From: a virus
Lineage: Duplodnaviria > Heunggongvirae > Uroviricota > Caudoviricetes
Length of the DNA: 2,683 bases
Reading direction: 5' to 3' (one strand)
Virus record (IMG/VR): IMGVR_UViG_2609459824_000012
How positions within the stretch are numbered: the first letter of the stretch is position 1; every line of letters begins with the position of its first letter. Both the position numbers and the translations under genes were made by a program. The notes under the pieces were generated by a model that was not told where the DNA came from, searched no databases, and saw only the letters and a list, made by a program, of their open reading frames with translations. This document shows positions 1 through 2,683 of this stretch, in pieces.

Positions 1-317
1 TCTCTATTAATTCATAATGTTAAGGGGTGAACAGTTTCAAAAAAACTATTCACCAACTGTTCACCACTGTTCACCCTTGAAGCTCAATAAACAATCAAAA
101 AGGTGAACAGTGAATAGTTTGGTGAACAGTTCATAAATAACTGTTCACCCTATAATATACTGATATAAAAGATATTTATGACAGGGTGAACAGTGGTGAA
201 CAGTTATTCCATAAGTTTAATTTTTGCTATCGTCATTAGTGACCGATACACATGATGGCATCCAGTCTTCTGATTCCTCCGTCAGTGTCACGTTTGAACG
301 CAAACCGTGCTTCGTTT
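1..317. repeat. Direct repeat copy A: identical to 2367-2683 (period 2366 bp); holds the iteron array and the last 27 codons of the ClpP-like CDS
   Basis: Base-by-base comparison of 1-317 with 2367-2683 found no mismatch. The repeat runs to the window edge, so its true length is unknown. Confidence 0.95.
26..202. promoter_or_regulatory. Iteron array of P4 alpha-type octamers (TGTTCACC), candidate ori/crr-like replication element
   Basis: Perfect TGTTCACC on the plus strand at 58-65, 68-75 and 142-149; perfect GGTGAACA (octamer on the minus strand) at 26-33, 102-109, 121-128, 185-192 and 195-202; one-mismatch copies at 47-54 and 109-116. The core often extends to the 10-mer ACTGTTCACC. Two adjacent pairs (58/68 and 185/195) are spaced exactly 10 bp apart. 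AT-rich spacers at 76-101 and 150-183 could act as an unwinding region. TGTTCACC is the octamer I recall as bound by P4 alpha at ori and crr. Confidence 0.7.
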
Positions 318-1000
318 TTAAACACTTCACTTATTCCATTGATGCGCTTCTGTTCATTACCAGCAATATTTGCCGCTCCCTGTGGCGGTGTAATCATTCC
401 TTTAATGGTTTCCGGCATATGTAAAAAATCTCCTGTGCGTTTCGATTCAATTCGCGCCATTGCTCTGACGGATGGCAACAATTCATCAGCAAAACCGTGC
501 TTAAGGCATTCTTTCCCATCCATCCAGGTTTCATCCTCCAGCATGGCGGTAATTTCCTGTGCTGATTTGCCCGTTTTTCTGGCATAAGCAGGGATTAACA
601 CGGTTTCCACCTTATCCAGCAAATCAGCATAATCACGCATATCGCCAGCATTTCCGCCAGAGATACCCCACGGTTTATGGATCATCATCATGGCGTTCTC
701 CGGCATAACAACACGATCGCCAGCCATTGCGACAACCGAAGCCATTGAAGCCGCAACACCATCGATATAAACCGTAATGTCTGCCGGATGATTCCGTAGC
801 AGGTTATAGATGGCGATGCCTTCAAACACATCACCACCTGGTGAATGGATCCTCAGATTGATATGTGAAACATCGCCAAGGGCTTTCAGGTCTTCCGCGA
901 ACTGCTTTGCAGTAACACCGAAGCCGCCAATCTCCTCATAGATAGATATATCCGCCGCTCCGCGAACATCCGCCGCCTTAATGGTGTACCAGTGATTCAT
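236..1000 (-). CDS. ClpP-fold (peptidase S14-like) serine protease, 254 aa, with a ~80-aa C-terminal extension; prohead-protease-like
   Basis: The translation aligns by eye to the ClpP core: HSPGGDVFEGIAIYNLL matches the ClpP NSPGG...IYD segment, GVAASMAS matches the active-site GxAASMG serine motif, MMIHKPWG matches the MIHQP histidine motif, and GFADEL sits where the catalytic Asp is expected. ATG at 1000-998 is preceded by GGAGAG (plus 1007-1012) with a 6-nt spacer. The start overlaps the stop of the upstream 69-aa ORF (ATGA, 1000-997). Confidence 0.85.
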   Translation of the reverse strand: MNHWYTIKAADVRGAADISIYEEIGGFGVTAKQFAEDLKALGDVSHINLRIHSPGGDVFEGIAIYNLLRNHPADITVYIDGVAASMASVVAMAGDRVVMPENAMMMIHKPWGISGGNAGDMRDYADLLDKVETVLIPAYARKTGKSAQEITAMLEDETWMDGKECLKHGFADELLPSVRAMARIESKRTGDFLHMPETIKGMITPPQGAANIAGNEQKRINGISEVFKNEARFAFKRDTDGGIRRLDAIMCIGH

Positions 1001-1206
1001 TGCTCACTCTCCGATGCAAAACCACTCTGATTAAGCCAGGCGTTTACGGCATGCCTGACAATCTGCGCCACACCTGGTAATGGTTTGTCAGGATGATGAT
1101 TTATATGGTCGATCCTGTACTGCTTAAGGCGCATAACGGTCTGCGCATCCAGATGAACGGAACCACCCCTGATATCGCCCGTGTTCAGGTCATTAATACA
1201 ACTCAC
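997..1206 (-). CDS. Small hypothetical protein (69 aa), possibly a ribbon-helix-helix-like DNA-binding protein or protease partner
   Basis: ORF with a GTG start at 1206-1204 preceded by a strong SD (AAGAGGAAG, 5-nt spacer). Its stop overlaps the ClpP-like start (ATGA), implying translational coupling. The pattern SVHLD / AQTVMRLKQYRIDHIN / VAQIVRHAVNAWL is compatible with a beta-strand and two helices, but this is a weak call without a profile search. Confidence 0.55.
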   Translation of the reverse strand: MSCINDLNTGDIRGGSVHLDAQTVMRLKQYRIDHINHHPDKPLPGVAQIVRHAVNAWLNQSGFASESEQ

Positions 1207-1308
1207 AGTAACTTCCTCTTACTGACTAAACTGTGCACATTATTGATCGATAAAAGTGGTAGATAAACATATTTCTATCATAAAAATAGATTAATGAGAT
1301 TCAGACAC

Positions 1309-1331
1309 AAAAAAGCCGGATAAAATCCGGC
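1309..1331 (-). terminator. Rho-independent terminator (minus strand)
   Basis: On the minus strand: GCCGGA-TTTTA-TCCGGC hairpin (plus 1315-1331) followed by TTTTTT (complement of the A-run at 1309-1314). It lies about 100 nt upstream of the 69-aa ORF start. Confidence 0.65.
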
Positions 1332-1374
1332 ATAAATATCCCGCCATCTGAACACGTTTTGACACAGGCAACTC

Positions 1375-1387
1375 CACCTGGCAGGTG
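1375..1387. other. 13-bp palindrome CACCTG-G-CAGGTG, followed by iteron-like GGTGAAAAACAG
   Basis: Perfect inverted repeat seen directly, in the noncoding segment between the two minus-strand terminators. A related degenerate motif, GGTGAAAACAG, recurs at 1461-1471. Confidence 0.4.
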
Positions 1388-1582
1388 AAAAACAGATTTA
1401 TTTATATATTTCAATTAATTGCAAACTGGTCTAATGACAGGGAGAAAAAAATATTGTACAGGTGAAAACAGAAATAACTTTTAATTATCAATAAATTACT
1501 ACACATGCTGCCGCCGCCATGAAAATGCAAAAACCAGCCTTTTTCCGCGACGCTCCCGCCCCGTGGCAGGTCACTACACCGG

Positions 1583-1605
1583 GAGGACCCATAAAAAAGC
1601 CGGAT
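1583..1605 (-). terminator. Rho-independent terminator of the 81-aa/SSB operon (minus strand); possibly bidirectional
   Basis: On the minus strand: GCCGGA-GCAA-TCCGGC hairpin (plus 1589-1604, extendable by an A1588:T1605 pair) followed by a T-run (complement of A 1583-1588). It sits 25 nt downstream of the SSB stop (1631-1633). Its stem is the same as in the terminator at 1309-1331. Confidence 0.75.
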
Positions 1606-1630
1606 TGCTCCGGCTTCTGTTACTCGTTGC

Positions 1631-2053
1631 TTAAAACGGTATGTTATCCCCGTACGGATCATCATTTCCCGCCTGTTGTTTTGCTCTGCTCAGTGCATCA
1701 GTAGCCTGCCCCTGTTGGCCTTTTTTGCCGCCCGGTCGCGCCGTTCTCGCACTGATTACGCTGTCTGCGATACCCTGCCAGCCCTGCCGCGTCTCCCCGT
1801 TCTGTCCGGTCCACTGGCTCACCTGCATGTTACCCGCCACGCTCAGGAGTTCACCCTTGCGGTGCTTTGCCAGTGCTTCGGCCTGTCTGCCAAACGCCAG
1901 GACGGATAACCACATCGTCGCCGTTCCGTCATCTGCCTGGCTGCACGGAAGTGGGACCGCCATACTCGCCATCGTCATTTGTGTACCCTTGCTGGTGGTC
2001 TTTAACTGCGGGTCAGCCACCAGCCGCCCGTAAGCCGCTATCTGTGCTGTCAT
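1631..2053 (-). CDS. ssb: Single-stranded DNA-binding protein (SSB) homolog, 140 aa, compact with a short linker
   Basis: The translation shows OB-fold SSB hallmarks when compared with E. coli SSB: an N-terminal segment resembling VILVGNLGQDPE, a WLSVLAFGRQAEALAKHRKGE segment resembling [22 protein letters not shown], a WTGQNGETRQ segment resembling WTDQSGQDRY, and a C-terminal tip DDPYGDNIPF resembling the DDDIPF partner-binding tail. ATG at 2053-2051 is preceded by GGAGAG (plus 2062-2067, 8-nt spacer) and overlaps the upstream ORF stop (ATGA, 2053-2050). Confidence 0.85.
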   Translation of the reverse strand: MTAQIAAYGRLVADPQLKTTSKGTQMTMASMAVPLPCSQADDGTATMWLSVLAFGRQAEALAKHRKGELLSVAGNMQVSQWTGQNGETRQGWQGIADSVISARTARPGGKKGQQGQATDALSRAKQQAGNDDPYGDNIPF

Positions 2054-2295
2054 GCTGTCTGCTCTCCGGTTTTAACGTTGATGGTTGTCACCTGTTCCGC
2101 TTCGGCAATCTCCCGTTCTGTCAGCGTGGCAAAGTTTGCAGCTGCCGTTGTCATGAATGAGCTAATCAGTTCGGGATGTGCTTTCGCATATCCTTCCCCG
2201 GCGTTGCGGTCGATGATTTTTATCGACACCCTTAACCAGTGTTCCGTCAAATCAAGGGCGTGCGATTGTGATTTTTTTGTGTGCTTCGCTGTCAT
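2050..2295 (-). CDS. Hypothetical protein (81 aa), first gene of the SSB operon
   Basis: ORF with ATG at 2295-2293 and its stop overlapping the SSB start. The RBS is weak (GAGATAAAGCCT before the ATG). I recognise no family from the sequence. Support comes mainly from the operon layout, which mirrors the 69-aa/ClpP pair. Confidence 0.5.
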   Translation of the reverse strand: MTAKHTKKSQSHALDLTEHWLRVSIKIIDRNAGEGYAKAHPELISSFMTTAAANFATLTEREIAEAEQVTTINVKTGEQTA

Positions 2296-2340
2296 AGGCT
2301 TTATCTCACAGCAGTAAATTAAAATTTTTGCGTTTTAACC

Positions 2341-2568
2341 CTTCACCTGTTCACCTTTTGATATTTTCTCTATTAATTCATAATGTTAAGGGGTGAACAG
2401 TTTCAAAAAAACTATTCACCAACTGTTCACCACTGTTCACCCTTGAAGCTCAATAAACAATCAAAAAGGTGAACAGTGAATAGTTTGGTGAACAGTTCAT
2501 AAATAACTGTTCACCCTATAATATACTGATATAAAAGATATTTATGACAGGGTGAACAGTGGTGAACA
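2341..2568. promoter_or_regulatory. Upstream continuation of the iteron array (2341-2355) plus the copy-B iterons (2392-2568)
   Basis: CTTCACC at 2341-2347 and a perfect TGTTCACC at 2348-2355 lie just upstream of the repeat; the copy-B octamers are at 2392-2399, 2424-2431, 2434-2441, 2468-2475, 2487-2494, 2508-2515, 2551-2558 and 2561-2568. Read circularly, the array spans about 2341-2366 plus 1-205 and overlaps the likely promoter of the 81-aa/SSB operon. Confidence 0.65.
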
Positions 2569-2683
2569 GTTATTCCATAAGTTTAATTTTTGCTATCGTC
2601 ATTAGTGACCGATACACATGATGGCATCCAGTCTTCTGATTCCTCCGTCAGTGTCACGTTTGAACGCAAACCGTGCTTCGTTT
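2367..2683. repeat. Direct repeat copy B (second pass through the start of the 2366-bp unit)
   Basis: Identical to 1-317. Consistent with a circular 2366-bp molecule drawn past its junction or with a head-to-tail tandem array. Confidence 0.95.

Noticed and set aside
26-202. CRISPR array, considered because of the many short repeats
   Set aside because: The repeats are only 8-10 bp, occur in both orientations, and have irregular spacing of 10-45 bp with no unique spacers of uniform length. This is an iteron-type protein-binding array, not CRISPR.
224-587. Plus-strand ORFs 224-424 (66 aa) and 252-587 (111 aa), and minus-strand ORF 394-585 (63 aa)
   Set aside because: All lie inside the well-supported ClpP-like CDS, antisense or out of frame. 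They have no RBS and low-complexity, Cys/Ser-rich translations typical of non-coding frames.
1588-1625. Plus-strand terminator reading of the hairpin at 1588-1605
   Set aside because: The plus-strand downstream tract (TCTGTTACTCGTTGCTT) is only moderately T-rich and no credible plus-strand gene lies upstream. The hairpin is best read as the minus-strand SSB-operon terminator, possibly with weak bidirectional activity.
1411-1704. Minus-strand ORF 1411-1665 (84 aa) and plus-strand ORF 1519-1704 (61 aa) in the intergenic region
   Set aside because: Both read straight through the terminator hairpin at 1583-1605 and overlap the SSB 3' end. Neither has an RBS. They are more likely chance frames in a regulatory or noncoding segment.
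2301-2310. DnaA box-like sequence TTATCTCACA
   Set aside because: It differs from the consensus TTATCCACA at several positions and there is no cluster of boxes. The iteron array is the better origin candidate.
1641-2317. Plus-strand ORFs 1641-2033, 1676-1909, 1867-2160 and 2078-2317
   Set aside because: They are antisense to the SSB and 81-aa CDSs. Their translations are Cys/Pro/Leu-rich with no recognisable motif and no plausible start context.
1-2683. Insertion sequence or transposon bounded by the 317-bp terminal repeats
   Set aside because: The terminal repeats are direct, not inverted. There is no transposase, integrase or resolvase ORF, and the repeat runs off the window end, so it cannot be shown to be a bounded terminal repeat.

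Overview
The window is periodic: bases 1-317 are identical, by my base-by-base comparison, to 2367-2683, so it holds about 1.13 copies of a 2366-bp unit (a small circular molecule shown with wrap-around, or a tandem array). Each unit has three parts. (1) A dense array of the octamer TGTTCACC / GGTGAACA in both orientations, which matches the iterons bound by the alpha primase-helicase at ori/crr of satellite phage P4. (2) A minus-strand operon of an 81-aa ORF and a single-stranded DNA-binding protein (SSB) homolog, ending in a rho-independent terminator. (3) A second minus-strand operon of a 69-aa ORF and a ClpP-fold (S14-type) serine protease with an extra ~80-aa C-terminal region. Both operons use the same layout: an upstream small ORF whose stop overlaps the downstream start (ATGA) and a GGAGAG Shine-Dalgarno. 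No replication initiator, integrase, capsid or terminase gene is present, so the unit looks like a non-autonomous, P4-family satellite-like module that would depend on a trans-acting alpha-type protein. All protein calls come from reading the translations against remembered family motifs; no database search was run. All plus-strand ORFs in the track look like antisense or intergenic artefacts.
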